DNA from: Vicugna vicugna
Taxonomy: Eukaryota
NCBI GenBank assembly: GCA_013265495.1
Contig: MU057776.1
Span: forward strand, 62,001 to 126,000
Direction of reading: 5' to 3'
DNA: 64,000 bases
Shown here one piece after another: positions 12,476 through 29,249 of the stretch (its first letter is position 1; each line of letters opens with the position of its first letter). A model generated the notes under the pieces. It made no database searches. It was not told the origin of the DNA and worked only from the letters and a program-made list of their open reading frames with translations. The position numbers were made by a program, and so were the translations under genes.

Positions 12476-13147
12476 TGTGTTTATCTCCCGTGGCTGCTAA
12501 GCTAGTTACTATAAACTTGATGGCTTAAAACAACACACACTTATTCTCTTACAGTTCTGGAGGTCGGAAGTCCAAAATCAGTTTCACTGGGCTGAGAGCC
12601 AGGTGTTGCTCTCCCTCCGGAGGCTCCAGGGGAGACCGCCTTCCCTCTCCAGCTGCATCTCCAGCTTCTGGAGCTGGGTTCCTTGCACTCCTTGGCTCAT
12701 GGCCCCTCCCTCTATCTTCAAAACCAGTAGCCAACGTCTTGCCCCAGTGTCACACTGCCCTCTTCTTCTGTGCCAAATCTCCCTCTGTCTCTATCCTATG
12801 ACACTTGTGATGATATTAAATAATAACAATCCAAGATAATCTCCCCATCTTAAGATCCTCAATTTTTTTCATAAATTTTTATTGAAATATAGTCAGTTTA
12901 CAATGTTGTATCATTTTCTGGTGTACAGCACAATACTTCAGTCATATAGGAACATACATATTCTTTCTCACCGTAAGTTACTACAAGATGTTGAGTGTAC
13001 TTCCCTGTGCTCTACAGTATGAGCTTGTTGTTTAAGACCCTCAATTTAATCACATCTGCAAACGCCTTTGTGGTGTATAAAGGAGCATTCACAGGTTCCA
13101 GGGACTAGGACCCGATATTATCAGGGACTGCTATTTACCCCACCACA
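12476..13147 (-). mobile_element. MaLR (MLT1-like) solo LTR, interrupted by an L1 fragment
   Basis: tggcttaaaacaaca...ttacagttctggaggtcggaagtccaaaatca...ttaatcacatctgcaaa...ccaccaca; TG...CA ends. Confidence 0.85.
12866..13031 (-). mobile_element. Short antisense L1 3' end with 16-bp TSD
   Basis: Flanked by ttaagatcctcaattt (12850-12865) and ttaagaccctcaattt (13032-13047). Body is the reverse complement of the L1 tail. Confidence 0.88.
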
Positions 13148-13881
13148 AACACATCCGCACAAACACAGTATTAAGGTGGTCACACATGCAGACGCAGACA
13201 TACACACGCCCCACATTTCACATGGGCACTGTCAATAGAAGCCCACATTCATGGGGTCACACGGAGCCACTTGTCAGTCACACATACTCCTCAGGTCCAA
13301 ACCTCTTCCCATCAGCCTGCTCCAGCCAGGTTTGGGAAACCACAGAACTCTTCCCGGTCCCATTATTTCTTGATTCCTAGGTGACAGCTTTCCTTTCCCT
13401 GATAACACCATGCAAATCCTTCCTTTGTTCTCAGTGTTCCCTCTACCTAGGAGACCCTCCCTCATCCTTGTCTTCAGAAGTTAATCTGTCTTGAGGCCTT
13501 AAACTTTAAGGTCTTGTTCTGAGTCAGCCACCTCCTCCATGCAGCCCACCTTGTTCTGCAGTTACCTGCTCACAGCCATGCCTTGCTGCCACACCCCACT
13601 GGTTTTCAGAGAACATGAACTGGATAAAGGAACAGTAGAAAATCAAAGGTCACTAAGCAGAGCTCTTAAAGGCTGGTGGTATGCAGGTGCCACAGTGTCT
13701 GAGTTTGGGAGCTTGGTGACTGCCGAACATCTCAGTGTTGCCTGAACTAGAACACCTGGGTCTGGGGGCATGGACGGGACTAGACAATCTCCCTAGGACT
13801 TGACTCCAGTTAGCCTGGGCAGGGGTCACTTCTCTGATCCCCACCTCTGTTCCTGAGTGCTAGACTTAGGGGCCAGTCTTT

Positions 13882-13910
13882 GTGGACCAGCCAGAGGCCT
13901 CCTGCTCCAG
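13882..13910 (+). other. NLRP6: NLRP6 exon 1, 3' part (ancestral coding segment, now starting with GTG)
   Basis: GTGGACCAGCCAGAGGCCTCCTGCTCCAG|gtaagt reads (V)DQPEASCS, versus recalled human N-terminus MDQPEAPCSS. Consensus donor; in frame with the exon-2 acceptor ccgcag|C at 14707. Confidence 0.8.
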
Positions 13911-14707
13911 GTAAGTGCTGGCTTTCAGAGCAGTCACTTGGGAATTAGCTGGTCTCAGCCCTCTGGGTCCTCTGCCTCACCCTACTGACTCCCTGGGACT
14001 TCACTCCCCACCCCCTTAGACACAACCCTCCCCCGCTGACCCCAGGCTCAGGATTCTAGGGACTCTATCCCCCAGAGGGCATCTGTAGCTGTCTGTCTCC
14101 CACCAGGGGCTCAGTCTCAGTGGCTGGTACAAGGCCCCCAGGCTGGGCCCCACCAAAGGGTGTAGTGAGCACGGGTGTCCTGGGGAATTCAAGAACACAA
14201 CTTGAGCCAGAGGGGGAACTGTGGCCCCCTGCTGAGGCCAGCTCTGCTCCAGGCTGCTAGGGAGAAGAATGGAGGGAAGGGAGGGAGACACAGGAGAGGG
14301 GAGAGCACAGGCCTTTGTAGACATCTCATCTGGGGCGTTTGACCTGGACCCGTGGAAGGTACCAGCGGGAAGGGAGGTGCGTAGCAGGAAGGCGCTCCCT
14401 GGGGCTTGGTTCAGCGGCAGCCAGCGCCTGCCGGAGAGTAATCCCACTTCACCACCAGGCCGCGACACAGTCGGCGGCAAAGCGATGGAACGCCTCGGAG
14501 CAAATCTCCTGGTCGGAGTCCTGGGAGGGGAGGACGACCGTTCCCCTAGAGCGCTACCAAGCTTGGCCTGGAGCCACCAGGCGCGTTGCGAGCGCGTCTA
14601 AGACCCTGCGGATCTTGGGCGCCCGGCGTAGGGGTCGGGGGCGGCAGGGAGGGACAAGGGTCACTGGGGCGCAGCACAGGTGCTAACGCCGTGCGCTCGC
14701 CCGCAGC

Positions 14708-17700
14708 ATGGAGCCCGACGCTGTCGCTGGCGCTGCCCGCGAGCTGCTCCTGGCTGCTCTCGAAGACCTGAGCCAGCAGCAGCTGAAGCGCTTCCGCCAC
14801 AAGTTGCGGGACGCGCCGCTGGACGGCCGCAGCATTCCCTGGGGGCGGCTGGAGAATGCGAACGCCATGGACCTTGCGGAGGAGCTGATCAACTTCTACG
14901 GACCAGAGCCCGCGCTGGACGTTGCCCGAAAGACCTTGAAGAGGGCGGACGTGCGCAACGTGGCGGCGAGGCTCAAGGAGCAGCGGCTGCAGAGTGAGCG
15001 CGGGGGTGGGGGTGGGGATTTCCCTGAGTCCCTGCCCCTCCTTTCTCCTGCCTGTGCAGAGTCCTGGCCAAAGGCCCCCTTCCTTCTGCTTCCCCAGAAA
15101 AGCAGTGGCGCGCCTCCGGCCTGGGCACATTTCACCCACAAATTCGCGGGTCTTGGGGCCGGAATCGTGAGGCCCCAAGTGAGGCCCCGTCCCCTGATTG
15201 CGCCCCGCCCCACACCGCACACTTGGTGAGGGGGTCTCACCTTAGTTCTCCCTTCCAGGACTCGGCCCCAGCTCCTCCGCGCTGCTCTCCGTGTCTGGTA
15301 GGTCGTTCTAGGTGGGAGGGGGAAGTCCCGAGCTGTCCTGGGGCCGTGAGCACTGGGCTTGGCTCACGAGTGCCCTCGACGCCTCTCGGAGGTTCCAAAC
15401 AGCTGGTCCCAGGGAGAAGCGGGTGTGCGAAGGCCGGCGGGAGTGAGAGTCGGGGTGGGGGGAGGCGATGGTGCAACAGGGGAAACTGAGGCCTGAGCCC
15501 GGTGGGGAGGGCAACGGGCCCCCGAGGGTCGGCCGGCACAGCCCGTCTCATCCTCGGCCCGCGGTTCTCCTCTCCTCTATCCCTCCCCTCCCCTCCCTAC
15601 CCCCAGAGTACAAGAAGAAATACCGAGAGCACGTGCTGCGGCAGCACGCCAAGGTGAAGGAGAGGAACGCCCGCTCCGTGAAGATCACCAAGCGCTTCAC
15701 CAAGCTGCTCATCGCGCCCGAGAGCGCTGTCCCGGAGCACCCGGCTCAGGAGCCTGCGGAGGAGCCGGAGCGGGAACGCGCCCGACGTTCGGACACGCAC
15801 ACCTTCAATCGCCTGTTCCGACGCGACGAGGAGGGCCAGAGACCGCTGACCGTGGTGCTGCAGGGCCCGGCGGGCATCGGCAAAACCATGGCGGCCAAGA
15901 AAATTCTGTACGACTGGGCGGCGGGCAAGCTGTACCACGGCCAGGTGGACTTCGCCTTCTTCATGCCTTGCCGCGAGCTACTGGAGCGACCGGGCACGTG
16001 CAGCCTGGCCGACCTCATCCTAGACCAGTGCCCCGATCGCAGCGCGCCGGTGAGGCAGATGCTAGCGCAGTCCGAGAGGCTGCTCTTCATTCTGGATGGC
16101 GTGGATGAACTGCCGGCGTTGGGGTCTGCCGAGACCGCGCCCTGCATAGACCCCTTTGAAGTCGGGAGCGCCGCAGGGGTGCTGGGCGGCCTGCTGAGCA
16201 AGGTGCTGCTGCCTGAGGCCCGCCTGCTGGTGACCACGCGCGGCGCCGCCCCCGGGAAGCTGCAGGGCCGTCTGTGCTCACCGCAGTGCGCCGAGGTGCG
16301 CGGCTTCTCCGACAAGGACAAGAAGAAGTACTTCTACAAGTTCTTCCAGGATGAGTGGAGGGCGGAGCGTGCCTACCGCTTCGTGAAGGAGAACGAGACC
16401 CTGTTCTCGCTGTGCTTCGTGCCCTTCGTGTGCTGGATCGTGTGCACCGTGCTGCGCCAGCAGCTCGAGCTCGGCCAGGACCTGTCGCGCACCTCCAAAA
16501 CCACCACGTCCGTGTACCTGCTTTTCATCTCCAGCGTCCTGAGATCCGCGCCTGCTGCGGACGGGCGCCGGGTGCAGGACGAGCTGCGCAAGCTGTCCCG
16601 CCTGGCCCGTGAAGGCGTCCTCCGGCGCAGGGCGCAGTTTTCCGAGAAGGACCTGGAACGACTGGAGCTTCGTGGCTCCAAAGTCCAGACGCTGTTTCTC
16701 AGCAGGAAGGAGCTGCCAGGAGTGCTGGAGACCGAGGTCACCTACCAGTTCATGGACCAGAGCTTCCAGGAGTTCTTTGCCGCGCTGTCCTACCTGCTGG
16801 AGGACGAAGGGGCCCCCAGGGCACCCCTTGGCGGCGTAGGGGCACTTCTGCGGGGGGACGCAGAGCTGCGCTGCCACCTCGCACTCACTATTCGCTTTCT
16901 CTTCGGACTGCTGAGCGCGGAGAGGATGCAGGACATCGAGCGCCACTTTGGCTGCACAGTTTCAGAGCGGGTGAAGCAGGATGTCCTGAGGTGGGTGCAG
17001 GACCAGGGTCAGGACTGCCCTAGGAGGGTGACAGAGGGGACGGAGAAGACCCAAGTGCTCCAGGGCGCTGAGGAGCCAGAGGAGGAGGAGGGCGAGGAGC
17101 TCAACTACCCGCTGGAGCTACTGTACTGCCTCTATGAGACCCAGGAGGATGCCTTCGTGTGCCAGGCCCTGCGTGGCCTCCCAGAGCTGGCCCTGGAGCG
17201 AGTGCACCTGAGTCGAATGGATCTGGCCGTCCTGAGCTACTGCATTCGGTGCTGCCCAGCGGGACAGGCACTGCGGCTGGTTAGCTGCAGGCTGGCCGCT
17301 GCACAGGAAAAGAAAAAGAAGAGCCTAATGAAGCGGCTCCAGGGCAGCCTGGGTGGGAGCTCGTGAGTCTCCAGGGCAGGGCTGCCCTCTTTTGCAGGTC
17401 TTCTGTGTGGGTCATGCATGTCAGTGCATGCTTATCACCTGAGTGTCCATCTGGGCCTGGGGAGTGTGTCCAGACCTGATGCCTGTTCCACCTGAGGAGA
17501 GGCACGACTTCAGGACTGGTTCTCCCCACCCCCGTGCAAGGCCGCCTCCTGGTGTCCATCTTCTTCCCCAGGTGTCCTCACCATACTCACCCCCAGCATC
17601 CATATCCAAGGCAAACCTCCCAGCACCAAAACGTGGCTCTGACCCAGCACTCCCCTCTGCCGCGATGTTTTCTCATAAGAAGTGCTAGAATACACCATGC

Positions 17701-20462
17701 CTGCTGTGCCCTGAGCCTTTGCACCTGCTGTTCCCTCCATCCAGAGCACTCTGTTCACTGCCTGTCCTCAAAGTCTCTCCAGGTTCCCCCAACTGGCTGG
17801 AGACCATTTTGGCCTCAGAAGTGCCCCACTGACTACGGCATGCCGTGACATCTGCCCATGCCTGCCTCCTCCACCAGCCCTTCAGGTCCTCCAAGGCAAA
17901 GCCTGTGCCATTTTTCTGTGCACTTAATTCCAGCCCAGCACTGGACATGGGTGCTCAGCAACTGCTGGGAGAACACATGTCAGGACACTGACAGGGGCTG
18001 GGCTGACGAGGCCCATTGCAGGTGCAAGGACAGGCCCATGCTGGGTATGCAGGTGACATGCCCCACGGGACTCACACAGACAGCTTCAGTGAGGAGACAC
18101 ATGCGTGGGGGCACAGATGAGTGGTTTCACTCTGGGCTTGGGATGAAGGGGGAGGAGGGGTCCTGGCCCATCTTGGGGTGAGGGCAGAAGCAGCTGCAAC
18201 ACCTCAGGACCACAGGAAGGAGGTCTTGGTAGGAGTGAGGGGTTAGAAGGGGCCAGGAGGCTTCACCTTCTTTTCTCTCTTAGTAGCTCTCAAGCCACCA
18301 TAAGAAAACCCTTGGGCTCTCCACTGCGTCCACTCTGCGAGGCCATGATGGACCAACAGTGTGGTCTAAATAGCCTGACGTGAGTGACCACGCCCATCCC
18401 CTTCCCTGGAAGGCACAGAGGTGTGGCCCTGTCTGGGGGCAGCCGAGGGAACAGGCTGAGAATCTGTGTCCTCTGGTGTCCTGTGCCGGGGTGGACAGGC
18501 TCTGCCCACACGGGACAGAGGAGGGAAGGGGGAACTCCATCACAGCTCAGGTGCTGGTTAGGATGGAGGATTTGGCTCCAGTCTGAGTGGGGTACAGCTA
18601 AGCACTCTGAGGGAGGGATGAAGCTGGCCAGAATGTATTTTCCTCCCGAGGAAGGCTGCCAGTGTTCCTGGATATTGCCGGGAGGTCCCTCTGGACTCTT
18701 AGAAGCAGTTGTGGAAGGTGCTCAGGCACAGGCTCTGGGCCAGTCTGCCTGACTCTCATCCTCTCCCGGGAAATGGAGCCCAGAAGCTCCCACCGCAGAA
18801 GGTGGATGTGAGAGTCAGTGAGGCAGTCACCTTTCCAATTGCTGTCAGCTACCATCAAGTACGGAAAGCAAGCAAGATGGCAGGAGCGCGTACTGATGGG
18901 CACGGCCAAAGAGGTAGTCACGTGTCGATGCTGACACGGTGATGCAGCTTGACAGAGACACGCAGGGAGCCAAGACGGAGCTCACGTGGGCCGTCAACTC
19001 TACCGCTAAACTACATGCATAACGATGTTCACCACAGCATTACTTATAACAGCAAGAAAGCAGAAACGACACAACTACCCGCTGTCAGGGACGGGCTGAC
19101 TAAGCTCTGCCCACCTGTCCCCAAGCGGTGGTCACAGGGAGTCCAGGGAGTCAGACAGCGCGAGGGTAAGGGCTCTTATCAGCTCGTCCAAAAGCTCGTG
19201 GAGACTGTACAGAGGGAAACTGGGAGGTGCCGTCCAGCCAGTGCACACATGGTCATGGCTCCCCAGGGACAGTCATGGTGACAAAGGGCGGGAGAAGCTC
19301 TGTGGAGCCCAGGGAGACAGGTGTGGAGCCAAACCATCTGCGTACTGTACCTCGGCCCCCAGGGAGAGGCATTTGCCCAGCTGGGGAGTAGCCAAGAGGC
19401 AAACAGACTCCTGTACTTCTTGACCACAGGCTGTCCCACTGCAAACTCCCCGACTTGGTCTGCAGAGACCTCTCTGAGGCCCTGAGGGAGGCCCCTGCCC
19501 TGACGGAGCTGGGCCTTGTTTGCAACAGCCTCAGCGAGGCCGGCTTGCGTGTGCTGAGTGAGGGCCTGGCCTGGCCCCAGTGCCGGGTGCAGACGCTCAG
19601 GTGAGGCTCGGCCTGGAAGGGACCAAGGGAGGGACGGCGGCTCCTACAGCCGCTCCTGAAGTCAGCCCTCCCTCTAGGGTGCAGCAGCCCGGCCTCCAGG
19701 AAGCACTCCAGTACGTGGTGGGCGTGCTCCAGCATAGCCCAGCACTGACCACCCTGGATCTCAGTGGCTGCCAGCTGTCGGGACCCATGGTGACCTACTT
19801 GTGTGCTGCCCTGCAGTACCCAGGATGCCGCCTGCAGACCCTCAGGTAGAAGGAGGGGTGGGAAGGGTGCTGGGAACAGACTCTCAACCCTGGGCTGGGG
19901 TGGGCACCAGGGGCTTCCCCTGGACCCTAAAGAGGCGCCCCTCCCAGGACCCTCCTGAGTGACCTCACTGAAACCCAGCCCCTGGAGCCTCACCCTCCAA
20001 ACCCCTGGCCCCAGCCCTTGGCCTTGACCACTCTGCCACACCAAATATCCATCTTTTGTCTGGTGCCCTTGGCCACAGTCTGGGCCAGTGATCCCAACAC
20101 TCTTTCACTCCCCTGGAGGCTCTGGCCCCTAGTCCCTGCCCGCTACCCCCATCTTCTGACAATCCCCCGGACTGGCCACCTCTTGTCACTGTGTGCCATT
20201 GGCATGACCCAGGTCAACAGCTCCATCACTACCCCCACACCTGCTCCCCTGTCACTGCCTCCCCAGAGCCCTGGCCTCCTCCCCCAGCCAACCCCGACTT
20301 CTGTCCTCTGCCCGTGGCCATAGCCTCACCTCCGTGGACCTGAGCGAGCAGTCACTGCAAGCACTGCGAGCCCTGGGGACAGCAAAGCCAGGACTGGTCA
20401 TCACACACCCAATGTTGGACAGCCACCCCGAGCCTCCCAAAGGATTCAACAGTACCCTCTGA
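14708..20462 (+). CDS. NLRP6: NLR family pyrin domain-containing 6. Coding exons 14708-14993, 15259-15297, 15607-17362, 18284(or 18287)-18379, 19430-19600, 19678-19845, 20324-20462; 884 aa
   Basis: PYD (ARELLLAALEDLSQQQLKRFRHKL), NACHT Walker A GPAGIGKT and Walker B LLFILDGVDE, KDKKK basic patch, 171- and 168-nt LRR exons. All junctions GT-AG; 2655 nt total, in frame to TGA 20460-20462. Syntenic with PGGHG/IFITM5. Confidence 0.97.
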
Positions 20463-21151
20463 GGCCCTGAAGGCCAGGCTTGCGGAGGACTCTGTCAGCC
20501 CCATGGAGTAGTCCTCCCCAGTCCGGGGGCGAGAGGATGCTGCTCTCTGCTCTGAGCAGAGGGTCCTGGACAGGCAGACGGGAGACCCAGACAGACATGG
20601 CCCCTCACCTGGCCCTGGACAGGCCCAAGACATGCCCCTTCCCCCACACCCTGGGGACAGGTTATGTCTCTGTCCTCCACACCCAGGGGACTCCCCCACC
20701 AAGCTCCCACTGCTGCTCCACCTACCTTCCTCTCCTGGGACCCTCCAGTCATCCCCACTATAGGCGCCCCCAGCAACAAGAGGGATGGCTGAGCACTCCC
20801 AGCAGCTGGGCACCTACCATGGCAGGGCCTATACCTGGTGATCTCAGCACTGAGTGACCCCTTCACGACCCTTTCCCCGTGCACAGGATGGGCTCCCACA
20901 GCCCCACAGTGCTGCTCCCAGCCACAGGGGATTGAGCAGGGCTGCCCTGGGCTGAAAGTAGGCAGGCCACTGTCCCTCAGGATTTGGGTCCTGGCATCAG
21001 GAGTGAAGCCATCCCTGGGGCTGTGTGGCCGAGTACAGAGGTGTCCACACTCTGTCTGAGGCCTTCAGGACAGAGACCACAGGAGTAGAGATGGAGCAGT
21101 GGTCCTTAGCTCAGGATGTGGGTTGTGATGGCATTGGTGGTGGGCCATCAC

Positions 21152-21157
21152 AATAAA
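21152..21157 (+). terminator. Probable NLRP6 polyadenylation signal
   Basis: AATAAA about 690 nt after the stop, followed by a GU/U-rich tract (ttttgttggttgttg). Confidence 0.8.
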
Positions 21158-21737
21158 TTCTTTGGATTCACTTTTGTTGGTTGTTGCACTTGGCCAGGCA
21201 CCTAACAGGTGCTCATAGTCTTTCCTTTGGGACCCGATCCATCTGAGTGGGGTGGAGTTTTAGCCCCATTTCACGGACGAAGAAACTGAGGCTCAGGAGA
21301 ACAGCCTGACTGCGGGAAGCTCTGAAGTGAGGCTTGGCCTCGATGGCAAGGCCAGCAGTGGACAGCTCCTGCGTCCTCAAGTCTCCTCTGCTCAGTACAG
21401 CTGCACTCGGCCAGCTTCTGAGATCTCAGTCCAGGTGGGAGGGAACCCTGGGGGTCAGCCCCTACATGTCCCAAAATTCCCTTCCATCATCCATTTTCAA
21501 ATGCACAAAACAGACGAAAAATCCCTGCCCACCTGGAGCTGGCATCTGGGCAGCTGACAGCTGCTGTGGAGGCGGGGAAAGCAGGGCAAGAGGGGGAGAG
21601 TGGAGCCAGGGGCTCCCTGTCCCGGGTGAAGAGCTGGGGGAAACCTAGCTGAGACTGAAAGAGAGTGGGGAGCAAGCCCCAAGGGCGTCTTGGAGGAAGG
21701 GCAATGGAATAGCAAGGGTGAAGGCCGAGAAGGGGCC

Positions 21738-22020
21738 TGTCTCAGTCAGCTCAGTTGCTATAACAGAGTACATAGACCCGGTGGCTTGTCAGCAACAGAA
21801 GTTTATTCTCACAGTTCTGGGGGCTGGGAAGTCCAAGGTCAAGCTGCCATTCACTTTGGCTCCTGGTTGCAGAAGCAGCTCTGGCTGTGTCCTTCCCTGC
21901 ATGACCCTAACCCACTCTTGCCGCTCTTGACCTAGCTGTGTCCCGAGGGCCCACCTCCGAGTACTGTCACGCTGGGGATTCAAATTCCCGGGTGGACTTT
22001 GGGGGACATATCCACCCATA
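21738..22020 (-). mobile_element. Degraded MLT1-like LTR
   Basis: ttgctataacagagtacatagac...caacagaagtttattctcacagttctgggggctgggaagtccaaggtcaag. Confidence 0.7.
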
Positions 22021-22759
22021 ACGGAGAGCAAGCTTGGGCAGGCACAGAAGCAGCAAGGAAGCTGGATGGCAGGGGTGGGTGGGGTCGGGAGGGGCTGCGT
22101 GCAGGGCCCTGCCAGCGAGGGGCACCACTGCAGCTTCTGAGCAGAGCCTAACCGCTCTCCGGGTGGCTGCAGCTCTGCTGACAAGGGTTGTAGGGGCAGG
22201 AGCAGGCATTCATCCAGGAGGACAGCCTGGTCTTACAGGTGGCAGCGCATGCAGCTGGTGAGAGCCTCACACCCGGGAAGGCGGGGCCCACAGGACTCGA
22301 GGATGGATGTGGGTGTGGGGACAGAGGGGGCTGTGCAGCTGGACAGGTGAAGTCACCATCACCTGGGCTAGGGAGGCCACGGGAAGAGCAGTTTAGGGGA
22401 TGGGTTAAATCTGAGTGCCTCTGGCTGGGGCACTGTGTGGTCAGAGTACAGTCATTTGGGTCAGGCCAGGGTTACACAAAGCTGAGATAGCCCAGGGCCT
22501 GTGACCTCCAGGGGGTGGGGTGGGGGGGCAAGTAGGGAGACGGAGCGTGAGAGGAGAGGCTGGGGAGAGCCGGAAAGTGAGACTGGGACTAAGGCAGGAA
22601 GGGTGAGGACAGCCAGTGTCACCCTTGGGGGAGGGGGGAAGCTCAGGGAAAGAGGCAAGAGCCCGAGACAGGAGAGGGGCCACCTCAGCTGAAGGCCCCG
22701 GTTCCTCTCAGATCCACCCTTGGAGAAATCTCAGGTCAAAGTTCCAGCAGGCTCCTGGC

Positions 22760-23001
22760 ACAAGTTCCCGCGAGTCCGACCTGCGCACTGGTCCGCTGGT
22801 CGGGCAGAAGGGACGGTGGAGGCTGCGCAGCCCGCCAGGCCCCGCCCCGGAGGTGGGGATCACCGTCCCACCCGCCCTGCGCCGCCCTGGGGCGGGGACC
22901 AAGCGGCCTTCCGGGAGACTCAACCCCGCGGCAACTTCTCTCTACGGTCCCAGAGGGGCGGCACCGACCCAGCTGGAGCCAAGGTACACGGCAGGCCTGC
23001 G
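22760..23001 (+). promoter_or_regulatory. PGGHG CpG-rich promoter and probable non-coding exon 1
   Basis: CpG-dense, with GC boxes (ccccgcccc, ggggcgggg). Donor-like gcg|gtgagc at 23001/23002; acceptor ctttccag at 23423 precedes the ATG exon. Confidence 0.6.
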
Positions 23002-23448
23002 GTGAGCCCCAGAGCCCTGCCTGCCATCGGCAGCCTGCCTCCCCGAGCTCCTGCACACAACCTACCCGGGCCCAGCCTGGCCGAGGCCTCCTCGCTTCCC
23101 GGCCAGCAAGACCCATTCGTGGTTGTGGGGCTTGGAGAGAGCTGGAAGGGTTAGGATTGAGGTCCTAAAGTGGGAGTCTGTGGTCTCAGTTGGGTCCCTG
23201 GAGATCAATATTGGGGGGGGGTGTTGAGCACCCCTGAAGATTCAGGGTGTTTCCTGGGGTGGCTTAAGAGTGGGAAGTCTGGAAAATCAGGGCTTCCCAG
23301 GTGGGCCTGCAGCCCCCCCACCATCTGTGGGGGCGTCAGCCAAGTTCCAAGGCAGGTCTTAGGGTTTACAGTCAGGAGAGGAAGTCCCTGCCATTGAGAG
23401 GCCTCTGACTCCCCCCTTTCCAGGCCACTCCACTGTGCAAGCCTTTCC

Positions 23449-28254
<4,806 letters not shown>

Positions 28255-29243
28255 GAAGCAGGGGCAGCAGGTTCTGCTCCAACAGTTTCCTGGGAGGATT
28301 TTTGGACGACATGAGACACCTGCCCCAGAGCCCACAAGGCCCCCTCCAGCCCCACAGAGTCCCTCCTCCGGCCCTGACCTGCCCCTGCCCCCAGACGGCC
28401 AGGGCTCTTGGCTAACCCTAACCCTTCTGGCCACTCCCTCTGGAGGTGCCCCCAGCCGGCTGCGCCCCTGTCCTCGACGCCCTCCTGGCCTGCCACCCAC
28501 TTCCACCCTCCACCTGGCAACCAGACTCACAGGTTCCAGGGAAAGTCTGGATTCTTTGGCCTAAGTTCAAGACGCTGCCTCTAGCCTGGGCGCCCCTCCC
28601 CCAGCCTAAACCCCTGCAGCCACGTCTGCTCCTGCCCCTCCGGGCTGACGCCTGCACCTGCCCTCCCTTGGCGCCCCTTCCCTAGACGCCACAGGGTGAG
28701 GCGGGGGGTGACCAACAGTTCTGCAGAGAAGACAGAGGCAGGTGCAGGCAGATGTGGACGGCAGGGAGGAGGGGTGTCGGGGAAGACGCAGTCTCCTGTG
28801 GGCTCACTCAGGACCCTGAGTCGCAGCTTTGCCGCCAAGGGCCTTCTGTGTCACGCAGCAGCAGCAGGCGTGGCTGGGTCCAGGTGCCCTGGGCTGTTGT
28901 GGGGCCTCAGTGTCCTCCGTCCTGGCTCCTCTTGCCTCTGGGCCCCTTCGGTCGAGTGGCTGCCTCTGTCACATGCCTGCCCTCAGCCAGCAAGGGACGG
29001 AGTGGGACACCCAGCAGGATCCTGCATTTCCCTCTGACCGGCCAGAAGGGCTTGGGCCAGCTGTGTGTGAGTTCAAGGCCACGACCTGTGCAGGCTGCCC
29101 TCAGCGAGGCTCTGCCCACCCTCCCCCCGGGGCCTTCGCACATCAGACTTGCGCTCTCTGGGGTCTCCCGAGGATGAGGTCAGGTGGCGCCTGCCCTGAA
29201 ATCTTGGTGAAGGCCGTCACGAGGCACCAGATCTGCCTGAGGA

Positions 29244-29249
29244 ATTAAA
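29244..29249 (+). terminator. Possible PGGHG polyadenylation signal
   Basis: ATTAAA about 1 kb after the stop, followed by tttgtctgctgtg. Confidence 0.55.

Noticed and set aside
15468..15606. N-terminal extension of the 632-aa ORF (MVQQGKL...)
   Set aside because: Open intron 3 sequence; the exon starts at the ccccag acceptor at 15607.
15597..16946. Antisense ORFs inside NLRP6 exon 4
   Set aside because: Expected shadows of a high-GC3 coding exon.
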